Shown: piece after piece, positions 14,866-26,583 of the stretch
How the letters are laid out: every line of letters starts with the position of its first letter
Position numbering within the stretch: the stretch's first letter is position 1
NCBI RefSeq assembly: GCF_006345805.1
Contig: NC_043005.1
Span: forward strand, 101,866,001 to 101,930,000
Source: Octopus sinensis
Taxonomy: Eukaryota
Direction: 5' to 3'
Length of the DNA: 64,000 nt
Made by a program: the position numbers and the translations under genes
The notes under the pieces: generated by a model
The model's input: the letters and a program-made list of their open reading frames with translations, nothing else
Databases searched by the model: none
Told to the model about the DNA's origin: nothing

Positions 14866-15565
14866 CACACACACACACATTCACGCACGAAAACATATAT
14901 ATACACATACACGCACACACACACACACACACACACAGACACTCATAAACACACATGCGCGGGCACGCACAGACGTATCCACACTCAGACGTCATCACCG
15001 TCGCCAGCTGTTTCACGTGTTCGAGAATTTCAGTTTCCTCCTCATTGTTAGGTTCATCTATGTTGGTTGCGCTGATGACTGTCGTGGCTAATCCTCGCAC
15101 GAAACAAGCATGAACAAAGTGGCCACGGAAGTGTTGCCGGGAGGGGGTGTATTTATTGCTGTTGCATCTTACATTCTTTCAGATTTTCTCCGCATTTACT
15201 TTTGAATTCACAAAGGTCACTTCCGGAGAAAATATTCTCAAACACATGCAGTCACACATAGACACAATCACACTTAGACACAATCACACACGAAATAACA
15301 AAGGTACACACATAACCACAATCACATACATGTATTAATAGCTAGTACTAAAGTCAAAATTGTTAATACAAATTATTAAACTACACCGAGACTTTAGTTG
15401 GGGGAGTTTTCCTTTTAAATTCTACATGTGTCTATCAGTCTGTCCGTGTCCATCTTTTCCGGTATACACACACACTGACACAAATATATACGTATATGTA
15501 TATGTATGTATGCGTATATGCATGTGTGTATATGTATGTATGTATGTATTATGTATATATATATA

Positions 15566-15603
<38 letters not shown>

Positions 15604-15789
15604 CGGAGTTGTACTTGCATAGCGCGTGACTTGATCTGAGATCGTGTGCTGGAACGAAAACAATAGCAGCGTGGAAGGTGTTTATAAGCCATTTAAGAAA
15701 CACACAAAAATCGTTAGATTCACTTCAACATTTAAATTTAATTTGTCAAAATATTTTCGTCGCTTTGTCTCGTATACATGTTTTTAATT

Positions 15790-16960
15790 ACTTCTCTGCT
15801 GATCGTTTCCTCTATAGCGATGGTTTTGATGACTAAAGTAGACCAATTCTTGTATAGAAAAGTCGATGCCACATTGATTGCATGGTAATGTGAGTGGAGG
15901 ATGAGGCTGATTTTGTCTAGCCTTTCTCTCCTCTCGTTTCATTATCTCATTTTCTCTTCTGGTGACTTCGAAGTATTTGGTTACGATGGCGGTTGAACAT
16001 TACCAGATAGTACAGTCTGGAGGTCGTGTCGCAAACAATTTAGACTCAAATCCAATGGCTTTCTGTGTTGCGTTGAGATGGTACTTGTATCTTTGTATCT
16101 TTGAAGAGAGCAGCCGCGTGGTTTTTCCCTGAAGTCAGTTCGCTGAATTAGACTTGACATGGGAACCTTGACTTTTCCCCTTCTTGATTACATGTCTTGA
16201 CCATCGAAGACGGTGTTTCATAATCAGCGATTCGATGCTATGACGGTTGGCTTTTTCTAGGACTTTGTTTTGGTTAAATAGTATTCCCATTTGATGTTCA
16301 ACATAGAGTCCGAGATTCGCAGCCATATAGCAAAGTTTTCTTGTTAAGTTGAGATCTTTGTTCTCGAAGACACGTTTGATTAGATTTCCAAATATCTTGT
16401 GTTCAACTCCAATTCTGTGTTTCACATATTGTCAAGCATTTTGGAGCCCAAAGGATAAATGTGGTCGGTACATTCAAAACGATGAGGAAATTCCAATATA
16501 ACAACTTTTGGAATACGTTCAAAGTCCTTTTTAAAGTCCTTTTTAAGTGGGGATTTTGTTGTTCCCTGCTTTTCTCTTCGTGTTGCCTTGCACGGAAAAT
16601 CATGTTGACTGTGCTACGAGACGCACGTAATCCACATTATGATTCTGATTAGATCATTTCGGTGATGATCTGGAGCCAATTAAGAAGGATGCTGGTAGAG
16701 ACTTCTCCTGCGATGGAGTGTGATGATGTTCTTCTATCGTTTCATAGGCTTATCGGTCACCGTTTTCGACGATCGTTATTATGACTGCATCTTTCAGTTC
16801 TTTAGGAACATGCTGGGAATCCAACATTTGAATGGGAATGGAGATGCGGGTTTGGAGGGTTAACCCTCAAAGTTTAAACAGTTCGAAGGAGATGTTATCT
16901 GGGCCTGGTGACGTCCTAGATCTCATTTGCTTCATAGCTTACATGAATTCTTGAATTTTT
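15790..16960 (-). pseudogene. RTE-clade LINE, decayed, with internal RT deletion
   Basis: AMKQMRSRTSPGPDNISFELFK, VPKELKDAVI, SES*CGLRASRSTVNMIFRARQHEEKSREQ, HRIG...FGNLIKRVFENKDL, SIESLIMKHRLRWSRHV, and a terminal CNQC...SHQNH zinc-knuckle-like end. Confidence 0.82.
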
Positions 16961-17882
16961 TCTTAAAGCTCAGTGCAATGATTCTAATATGTTATGCGAT
17001 TATTTCATTAAATCTAAGACTATTTAATCCACATAAAAACTCATCTTCATTTCTATGAATATTTAAAGTACTTTAAAAATACAAATCTCATTTGTGTTAC
17101 TGTATTTTCTATTAAGACTTGAATTTTTGGAACTATTTCCTTTCAGTGGCCAACATAGTCGATTGAATATCAGTACGAATCTGTGATTGTCTATTTAAAT
17201 ACGTGAACTACTCAATATTACAACAAGGTTATCTATCTCGGTTAGGTTTTAGTGGAGAGAATTAGCCAGTGATTCACGTGTCTTTAAATTTTTTATGAGA
17301 TGTTTAATGGTCATTCTGAAAATGAAAACAAGCATTCAAAAGAAATCTTCATTCAAATTCCTCTTGACTTAAACATATCAATTCTCAGATCTGCTCGTGG
17401 TAGTGTTTGTGACGTAGTAACTAACGCAGGTTACTCTGAGTATGGCGACTTTTTACGTTTTCTGTTCATAGACTGTATACTTTCGCTACTGCCATGTAGT
17501 GTCTCCATAAATTACCTATGCAATTGGAAAAATTGAGTAAGAGATTATATTCAGGATTACTTAGCAGATTTCATTGGAAAACGTAGGGAAACAATAAAAC
17601 TTTTATTAGAAAGAGCGGAACACTTTCTCGTGGGCTCCATTCGGTTCACGCAACACATCTAGACGATTTCCACTTTAATAGATATAATAGACTGTGGAAG
17701 TTGAAAAAATATTTTGCCAATGTCTGGTATAATACTATAATCAATCCACTGCGTGTGCTAATTTAAATCTTGGAGGCAGATTTTTCCGTATCATTTATAT
17801 TTTGTTTTTAACTGCAGTCATTAGAATGCATCAATGCTGGGGGGCACTAACTTGAGGGGCTTAATCGAAACAATGGAACTAG

Positions 17883-18068
17883 TTATTACTTAAGAGATGA
17901 GGAATTATGTACATTATTTACATTTGACGGATAATTGTCCTCATCTTGTTTGTTTTTAACATAATGCTTCGGCTGATATACCAGCCTTCATGAAGCGTCT
18001 TGGGGAAATTTCGAACCTGGGTTGTCATTCCTAAGGTATTTTTGATGTTATTATTATTATCATTATTA

Positions 18069-18140
<72 letters not shown>
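17883..18140 (-). mobile_element. Family E copy, headless, hammerhead core degraded, with (TAA)n
   Basis: Same spacer (GAAAAATACCTTAGGAATGA...) and stem II GGCTG/CAGCC as the 52 kb copy. Core has mutated to UUCAUGA / GAAG. Confidence 0.75.
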
Positions 18141-18141
<1 letters not shown>

Positions 18142-18164
18142 GACCTGGATAAAAAAAAATATAT

Positions 18165-18195
18165 AATAATAATAATAAAAACAATAATAATAATA

Positions 18196-18237
<42 letters not shown>

Positions 18238-18345
18238 TATAAATATAATAATAATAATAATGATAATGATTATGAAAACGTTGTCTTAACAACAAACAAA
18301 ATGAGGAAAAATATTCGTCTAATGTAAATAATGTAAATAATGCGC
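18165..18345 (+). mobile_element. Family E (AAT)n plus 3' tail in inverted orientation
   Basis: GAAAACGTTGTCTTAACAACAAACAAAATGAGGAAAAATATTCGTCTAATGTAAATAATGTA is the reverse complement of 17905-17970. Confidence 0.7.
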
Positions 18346-18604
18346 AGTACTTATGTTTTTAAAGTCTATTACGTATTATATAGGTCTCTCTTTTTCAAAA
18401 CGCTAAGTTACGGGAATCTGAAAGAAACGAGCATCGGGTTTCGAACGGTAATAGGTAACACATACAAAGACACAAATGCATATTGTACATAGATACTTAC
18501 ATGCACCCCCCCCCACACACATACACAACATACTACATAAATATATATATACATAAATACATACATATATATATATATATATAATATATATATATATATA
18601 TAAT

Positions 18605-18691
<87 letters not shown>

Positions 18692-18778
18692 AAGAGTTTA
18701 CGAAAAAACGAAAGACGAAGACAGGTGGTGTACAAAATAAACAAATGTATTAGTATAACGCTCAGGAATAGAAAAAGT

Positions 18779-18814
18779 CTTTTACGTTTCGAGCCTACGC
18801 TCTTCTACAGAAAG
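18779..18814 (-). ncRNA. Second minimal hammerhead-like motif (one core substitution)
   Basis: Minus strand reads CUUU-CUGUAGA-A-GAGC[GUAG]GCUC-GAAA-CG-UA-AAAG. Stem I (4 bp) and stem II (4 bp) are perfect, with ACGU stem III and a GUA triplet; core A6 is U. It lies in an ~200-bp segment (18688-18890) between TA runs. Confidence 0.55.
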
Positions 18815-18900
18815 GGACCCAGAAAAAACGAGGAGAGAAATAAGGAGAGAAAAAATGTGTGTAGTGGCTAACGATCTATCATGGCAATATATATATACAT

Positions 18901-19025
18901 GTTGTCCCCCCAACATCGCTTGACAACCGATGCTGGTGTGTTTACGTCCTGGGGTCGATTTGCTCGACTAAATGTGGTGCTCCAGCATAGCCGCAGTCAA
19001 ATGACTGAAACAAGTAAAAGAGAGA
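18901..19025 (+). mobile_element. SINE family A 3' fragment with internal deletion
   Basis: TTTACGTCC is joined directly to TGGGGTCGAT; about 60 bp present in the other copies are missing. Confidence 0.8.
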
Positions 19026-19328
19026 AAAGAAAGCGAAAAGAGATATATGTATAGTTACATATATATAGTGTTAGAAGTGGTGTGCAGATATTGTATATTG
19101 AGTGAAAGAAGGAAGTCAGAATTTTGGATAATTCTTTATTAGCGCTTTCGTTTGTTTACCGTCAAGAGTTTGTTTACTCGTCAAGATGAAATGGTGAAAA
19201 CAGAATATTTCCTTGTTCATATATACGAATCGGATGATTTTGCTTTCGTTAGATGAGGAGAAAATGCTTTCTTTTTTTTTCTGAAAAAGGGAGAAGATAG
19301 AAAGAAGAGAAAAGAAGGAGAAATAGGC

Positions 19329-19361
<33 letters not shown>

Positions 19362-19460
19362 CAGAGAGAGAGAGGTTTCATGACAATGAAGTATGAGGAA
19401 GAAAAGTAAAGTAAAGGATAAGAAAAAGATAGATACATAGATAGATGTTTAGATCAGGAG

Positions 19461-19497
<37 letters not shown>

Positions 19498-19524
19498 TCT
19501 TGGAGAACAAGTGTCGAGGTTACA

Positions 19525-19835
19525 AGGAAAATGGAGAAAAATGAGTATCGTGCTGTCATAAAGTAGCTTCATTTGAAAGGCATGACTCCATCAGAAATCC
19601 ATGAAGATGTGGTGAGAACCTTAACAGACTATGCTCCTTCATATGCAACAGTCAATTTGATGTGGTCAACTCATTGAAATTTCAGTACAAAACATTTTCC
19701 TTTTTTCTTTTTTCTGTTCCTCTTTCCCTTCTCATTGTATTCTATTAATATATTGTATATAACCGCATTTTCTTACAAGAGGTAGGTGACCTTTCAGAAT
19801 AGAGTTCAAATTCCTATGACTTTTCACTTGTATAA
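19525..19835 (+). pseudogene. Short mariner remnant (N-terminus and possible right TIR)
   Basis: MEKNEYRAVIK*LHLKGMTPSEIHEDVVRTLTDYAPSYATV. CCTATGACTTTTCACTTGTATA near 19814-19835 resembles the reverse complement of the 57.9 kb mariner TIR. Confidence 0.65.
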
Positions 19836-19966
19836 TCAAATACCATATTCTGTGTAAATCCATGTTTTGCACGAACAAACATTAAACAGTACAACATTCA
19901 TAAGTTAGGTTAATAAAGTCAGAATAGAAAAGATAACTTTAGTGCATTACTACGTACATATATATA

Positions 19967-20001
<35 letters not shown>

Positions 20002-20214
20002 ATGATTAACGTGACTATCTGTGCAGAGCAGCAACAACATTGCGTTAAGGAAGAGTCAAAGATTCTTTGACCAAGAACAAAGCACTCTTTTATTTACTGA
20101 CAAGGGAGACAACCTCCCCATAGCAAGCGGTGGCACCAGATTTGCATGAAATTAATACTGATACCTACTTATACACAGACACATACAAACATACATACAT
20201 GCATACATACATAC

Positions 20215-20250
<36 letters not shown>

Positions 20251-20428
20251 TATATATTATAAATTAATAAATAAATAAAATTCTTCACCAAGTGCCACAT
20301 ATTAGACGAGGTTCTTCGCAATAACAGTGTAGCACAAAACGGTGGTGCATCAGCATGGCCGCAGCTCTGAGCTGAAACTTTAGAAAAAGAAAAAGAAAAA
20401 TATATACATACATATATGTACATACCTA

Positions 20429-22046
20429 CAGTTGCGGCCAAGATGTTCAGAACGGCATTATTTTCGTCAGAAAAGTAGATATAAGTTTTTTATCAAAGTT
20501 GTTTTATATTCTATAATTTTCACAGACAATAAAAACAATATTAATCGTTATTGTCTGAGATTTTGGTGTAATTTAAGTGGATAATACAAAACTTATGGAT
20601 GATTTAGTGATTTACTGCAAAACCCATGGCGGCCAAAATTATCAGAACGGTTGAAAAAATAACAAAATAATCAAAAATGACAGAGAATACTGAAATTATT
20701 TAATATTTAGGGTGAAGCCCTTTAGCTTCAATCACACTTTGAAATCTTCGACTGCATGAGGAAATTAAATTTTCAATTTCTTGCTGGGTGATCTTATTCC
20801 ATTCTTCCTGAAGGGCATTCCATAATTGCTCAGTTGTTTTAGGATTTCTGGCTTTCGAACGTTCTCTTAGAATATTCCACACATTTTCAATAGGATTGAG
20901 ATCTGGGCTTTGAGCTGGCCAATCCATAACAATAACCTTTTCAGCCTTGAGGAAGTTCATGACCACCTTAGCCTTGTGACATGGGGCATTGTCCTGCATG
21001 AATATGGGTGGTCGCTTAGTTGAATTTCTCAGCACTGGCAAGACATGATCTTTTACAAGTTGTTTATAAACTCCTGCATTTAACTTTCCATGTAATCGCA
21101 CCAAAGGGTCCACACCATCTCCAGATATCATTCCCCAAACCATGACACTTCCTCCACCGAATTTAACACTAGTCTTAAGGCATTTAGGCAACAATTTTTC
21201 ACCTACTTTTCTACGAACGTACCTTTTCCCATCTGAGCCAGATAACATAAACTTAGATTCATCACTGAAATGCACCGTTTGCCATTTTTCTTGAGGCCAC
21301 AGCACATGTTCGGTTGCAAAGGTAAAACAACACTTTTTATTCTTGGAGCTGATCAGTGGCTTCACTGCAGGTTCTCTTGCTTGTAGGTCATCTTCAACTA
21401 AACGACGAGACACAGTTTTTCGAGATAAAGTTTTCTTCAATACAATGCTCATTTTCCGAGAAAAAGCATCAGCAGTTTTAAATCTGTCCTTTTTAACCAA
21501 CTTTACCATAGCACGATCTTCTCTCTTGGTCGTTTTTCTTGGCCTACCTGTAAACTTTCTTGCTTCACACGAACCACAATTATCGTAGACCTTAAAAATA
21601 CCGTGTACAACACTTTTTGACTTGTTAACAATCTTTGCAATAGATCCAATACTTAAATTATCCTTCCTTCGAAGCTTAATAACCTGCTGACGAATTGGTA
21701 ATGGAGTAAGTGGCATTATACTAACAAAGTACACTGCAAATAATCTTACTAATGTTTAGTAAAAGAACCGTCACGTAAACAAGTTAAAAACATTAGAGTT
21801 CGCCGGTTAAATATACTAAAACAAGAGTAAAAGCAACCGTTCTGATCATTTTGGCCGCCTTGGGTTTTGCAGTAAATCACTAAATCATCCATAACTTTTG
21901 TATTATCCTCTCAAATTACACCAAAATCTCAGTCAATAACAAATAATATCGTATTTATTGTCTGTGAAAATTATAGAATATAAAACAACTTTGATAAAAA
22001 ATTATATCTACTTTTCTGACGAAAACAATGCCGTTCTGAATATTTT
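20429..22046 (-). mobile_element. Tc1 DNA transposon with ~225-bp IR/DR-type terminal inverted repeats
   Basis: Left end is TA|CAGTTGCGGCC (20427-20439). Left TIR 20429-20653 is the reverse complement of right TIR 21834-~22046. Each TIR holds inner and outer direct repeats (GCGGCCAAgaTgtTCAGAACGG at 20434, GCGGCCAAaaTtaTCAGAACGG at 20629). The outermost ~12 bp of the right TIR are missing. Confidence 0.93.
20700..21716 (-). CDS. Tc1-family DD34E transposase, intact ORF (338 aa from ATG 21716)
   Basis: Contains GRPRK AT-hook, FSDESKF (first D), VWG, QDNAPCH (second D) and WPAQSPDLNPIEN; exactly 34 residues lie between the second D and E. No stops or frameshifts. The track start at 21734 is GTG; the first ATG is at 21716. 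Confidence 0.97.
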   Translation of the reverse strand: MPLTPLPIRQQVIKLRRKDNLSIGSIAKIVNKSKSVVHGIFKVYDNCGSCEARKFTGRPRKTTKREDRAMVKLVKKDRFKTADAFSRKMSIVLKKTLSRKTVSRRLVEDDLQAREPAVKPLISSKNKKCCFTFATEHVLWPQEKWQTVHFSDESKFMLSGSDGKRYVRRKVGEKLLPKCLKTSVKFGGGSVMVWGMISGDGVDPLVRLHGKLNAGVYKQLVKDHVLPVLRNSTKRPPIFMQDNAPCHKAKVVMNFLKAEKVIVMDWPAQSPDLNPIENVWNILRERSKARNPKTTEQLWNALQEEWNKITQQEIENLISSCSRRFQSVIEAKGLHPKY

Positions 22047-23216
22047 CTGAATATATACATGTAACTCTACATGTATATATACATGCATATATGGCTACAG
22101 GACACCAAAAAAACGTCGAACACAATGAGAAACGAAAACATAAACACAAAACCAAGGAAATGGACATTTTTCTTAAACAACGAAAAGATAGAGTACAGGA
22201 CATACAAAACAAGGAAAATTCCCCTTCTTCAGTCGCCTTTGTTTCATCTACTCCACGTTTCGAAGGTCAAGGCGATACATGATTTATTGAAACAATCCTT
22301 CCCGCGAAAATCAAATTAAATAAAATTTGAGATTTTTTTGCGGAGGGGTAAAAATGGTAACAAAAACAGGACAGTAACGACGGTACAAAATATAAACAGT
22401 AAAAGACAGGACAAGGAGAATAACAGTAACACAAGCAAGAAGAGCTGTTAAGCCGAACGAGATAACATATTTTACGAACGCTATTTTTTGAGAACGGCAA
22501 GGAGCAACAGAAAGTGCCGTCTCTACTTAAAGGTAACCAGGACAGAGAGACACTAGCAAAGTTCTCGTCGCGGGTCAACGACGGGAGGGAGGAGGAGGAG
22601 TAAGAGAAAGGGAGATAAAAAAGGGAATGGTTGTAGAGAAAAGAATGAAGAATGAGAGAGAGGGAGAGACAGTAAGGTAGAAGAAAAGGAAAGCCAAAAG
22701 AATGAAGGCTGAGAAAGGGAGGGGGAGAGAAAAAGTTAAGGGTGCGCATCATTATTAATATTAAGAACATTAATATTAAGATCGTCGTATATACATATAT
22801 ACGACGATCTAATGACAACCATGTCCGCTCACAATGTTTTAGTTAGTCTCCTATCCATTTAATTGGGAAGTTATTTTCTTAATTACACTATCTGAAAATG
22901 TGAAAATGTTAGCTCATAAACTACCAGAAATAGCTCTTTAGAAATAAAAATAAAAATTTCACAAATGGAACTAATTAACCACTAAATAATTAACGTATTC
23001 CATTGCGGAATACTCGAGCAAAATAATGTAACATTATTTCAATTATAAAACATTTATATAAATCTCCAACATTTCTGCAATAAAAAAATTAAGTAGTGAA
23101 AAATCTAGTGTTACTTTTCACTTTTCATTTTGAGCAATATTTTCTATTCAAATTTTGAGGATCCACATAAATATACGTGTATAAATATAAGATGTGTATA
23201 CGTGTATGTATATATA

Positions 23217-23247
<31 letters not shown>

Positions 23248-24130
23248 CATACATACATGTATGTGTGTGTATAAGAATATAAATATATATGTATATGAAT
23301 ATGCGCATATATTAATATATATATATTCATATATGTATATACGCAGTGAAGCTATACAATGACGTCGTATTTATGTCGATCGCTATTTTCCAGTAAATAT
23401 TGTTGCCTTGTTGTACCATTTATCTACTTTATAAGTATATTCATATATATATATATATATATATATACGTATATAAATATTAAACATTTGCACTTGAAGT
23501 GTAAGAAAATATTTTCTTTGTATTTATTCTTAAATTATTGAACCAACAGAAATTACAATTTTCAAAAAGCATGAAAGTGCAATGCTAATGTTTTGATATT
23601 TTAATACACAGTTAAAAATCTTCAAATTAAATACCAAAAGTAATTAACATAGACTCTGCAACAGAACCTAATGCAAAATAGAATAGTTTTCCCCACCCCC
23701 ATCATTACGTATCCACCGTACAGAGACTTAAGTAGAAGCTATAGTATAACTAAATATTACTAAATAACTATTTCTGTGAATCTGACACATTTACACAAAC
23801 ATTGCTCTTTATTTCACGTCACAGTCTGTCCAACTCATTTAATGTCAAAAACTAATCTTACGCCATAACTTTACATTTATTCATAATAGAAAGCAGACTG
23901 GTTGGTATAGCCTCGCAACTCTCACCACAGAGTAGCGACTTGTCTTCAGTTCTGAAATCACATTCAAATTAGCGGGAGAAAGGATAAAATCAACTTCAAA
24001 TTAATCTACATTGTTACCTTATGTTGCAATGTACGATTTCAGATTAAGCATTTATTTATTGTACTAGTGATAGTAATGGTGGTGGTGCTTGTGTTGGTGG
24101 GGTTGAAAGTAATAGAAGTTGAAGGTAATT

Positions 24131-24366
24131 AAGGCGGCGAGCTGGCAGAAACGTTAGCGCGCCGGGCGAAATGCTTAGCGGTATCTCGTCTGCCGCTTCG
24201 TTCTGAGTTCAAATTCCGCCAAGGTCGACTTTGCCTTTCATCCTTTCGGGGTCGATTAAATAAGTACCAGTGACGCACTAGGGTCGATGTAATCGACTTA
24301 ATCCGTTTGTCTGTTCTTGTTTGTCCTCTCTGTGTTGAGCCCCTTGTGGGTAGTAAAGAAATAGGT
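24131..24366 (+). mobile_element. SINE family B monomer (head plus body with tail 1)
   Basis: GGCGGCGAGCTGGCAGAA...GAGTTCAAATTCC...GCCTTTCATCCTTTCGGGGTCGAT (resembles the Meta-SINE domain as I recall it). Degenerate ~21-bp TSD gtaatagaagt.gaa.gta.t. Confidence 0.88.
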
Positions 24367-24433
24367 AATAGAAGTAGAAAGTAGTAGTAATAGTAGTAGT
24401 AGTAGTAGTTACAGTAGTAGTTGTTTGCCAGGT

Positions 24434-24595
24434 GGAGGCGCGTGGCTTAGCGTTGTGTTTTGAGCAAAACACTCAATTTCACGTTGTTGCAGCCCACTCA
24501 GCGGGCAAAAATGAGTAATTCTGTGACATTCATGTGGGGAACATATACGAAATTGGCCCTTGTGAGTCGGTATGACTCGAGAAGATAACTTTTAG
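24434..24595 (+). mobile_element. SINE family D fragment with deleted tRNA head
   Basis: GGAGGCGCGTGGCTTAG is joined to GCGTTGTGTTTTGAGCAAAACACT.AATTTCACGTTG; related to 43911-44040. Confidence 0.55.
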
Positions 24596-24818
24596 CAGTT
24601 CCTCAGATAACTTCTTTATTTCTCAACTATGCAAAGCGAAAATAAACCGTGGGAAAACTAGACTGAGATTCAAAGATACTGCAAATAGGAATATGAAGTA
24701 GTAAGGAATTGGTCATAATAAACGGGAAACCCAAATAAAAAAACGATGAGTATCAAGAAAGCTCATCAAGTCATGCAGAAGCCATGAACAGTCAAAGTCG
24801 CGACGACTGGCTGAAGAG

Positions 24819-24855
<37 letters not shown>

Positions 24856-25505
24856 GTAGTAGTAGTAGTAGTAGTAGTAGTAGCAGTAGTAGGGCAAGAA
24901 TATATGAACTCATGTTTAGGTTCAAAGCGGGGAGATGTTCCAATATGTGTTTGATTTCAAGTTGGTAATTCGAAGTCTTCACACCGGCTCCGATGTCCAT
25001 GCGTTAAGGTTGTGACCTATGCAAAAATTGTGTCTTTTACGTATATATACCCATCCTTCTTACTTCTTTACTAACGTCAAAGCTAATGTAGGCACTTACT
25101 CATCAACATAATAGATGACTGTTTCACCTAAAAACAGGGAAGTTTTTCAGCTGACGCATTTAAGTTTATATATTGCAGCACTCCAGCTATGAGAATGTTC
25201 TCCCATAGACACAAACCTACCTTTGAAGCTGTTTCTTCATGTAAGAACGCAAATGAATGCCAACTAAATGGAGTATGTAGCAACATTGTGGGACGAACGA
25301 GTCAAGAATATAGGTTGCATAAGAAAAGGTAGAGTGGATGATGTGAGCCTTGATATATTATATGAATGAAATCGAAATGCAATAACCTTGGCTGAATCAG
25401 AGTCAACTTGCACTACAGAACACCATTGTGGATTCATGGAAGTCATGATGTTTAAAGATACGTAGACTGAAAGTTTTCTCTGTATGACCAATATAACATT
25501 CGTTT

Positions 25506-26511
25506 GGATCTTTTCTAAAAGAAGGCCAGATTTTTCTAGTTAACTAAATAATTTGAAACTTCGTATTCTGGTAGAATGTGTCAAAAGAAAGCATCAATTT
25601 CAACTAGTTTTTTTGCGAAAAATGTATGTTACAAGTTTAAACGTAGTTTAAATCTGCGAATTTTAACCAATCGTATTGTCTGTCTTGATCTGAAATTATT
25701 AGCTGCATAGTGTTAGTGTGACGTAGACAGCTATTTTGTGAAAATTTTAAACAGCGTGATTAAGAAGTAAGCAAACAGCTGTGGTAGATGTGGTTATCAT
25801 GGCAGTGGTGGTGTAGTGGTGACAGTGGATGTGTATGATGGCAGCAATTATAGTGTTGGTGTTTTTGTAGAGGTGGTGGTGGTGGTGGCGGCAGTGGATG
25901 ATGATGATAATGATGATGATAGTAGTAGTGGCATTGATTATGTTAGGATGTCTCAGTGGTGGTTGTGAAGATGATTCTGATATTGATAGTCTTTGCATTG
26001 AGGTGGTGGCAGAGTCAGAGTAAATAATAAGAGCCCAGTTAACACAAGATTCTTAAATTTCGGAGATCATAAGATAGAGAGCAAGAAGTTAAAAGTTCCA
26101 ATACTGGCCCAATTCCTACACCCCAGATTCTTCAACTATTTTAGAAGAAAGGGGTTAATGGCAGGATAGGGATTCAGCTTAAAAATAAATTGTATAACAA
26201 AAAATACATAAATAAATTACTGCTCCAACGATGTAATTTTAGTATGTGTGTATGTATGTATGTATGTATGTATGTATGTATGTATATATATATATATATG
26301 TGTGTGTGTGTATGAATGGATCAAAACAGTTTGATTCAAATTCTGTGGTACTTATATATTCATACATATACATGTAGATGTATATAACATATATATATTG
26401 TATGTAAACATCTTTTATATATATAATGTATGCATCTATAATACACACACATTATAAATATATACACATATATGCATATGCATTAGAACATGTGTGTATA
26501 GGTTATATATA

Positions 26512-26583
<72 letters not shown>

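Noticed and set aside
18415-18455. CTGAAAGAAAC...GTTTCGAACGGTA hairpin resembling a hammerhead
   Set aside because: Both core strands deviate from consensus; it cannot be distinguished from chance.
22071-22818. Purine-rich ORFs right of the Tc1 element
   Set aside because: Low-complexity composition with stops in all frames over the interval and no homology recognised.
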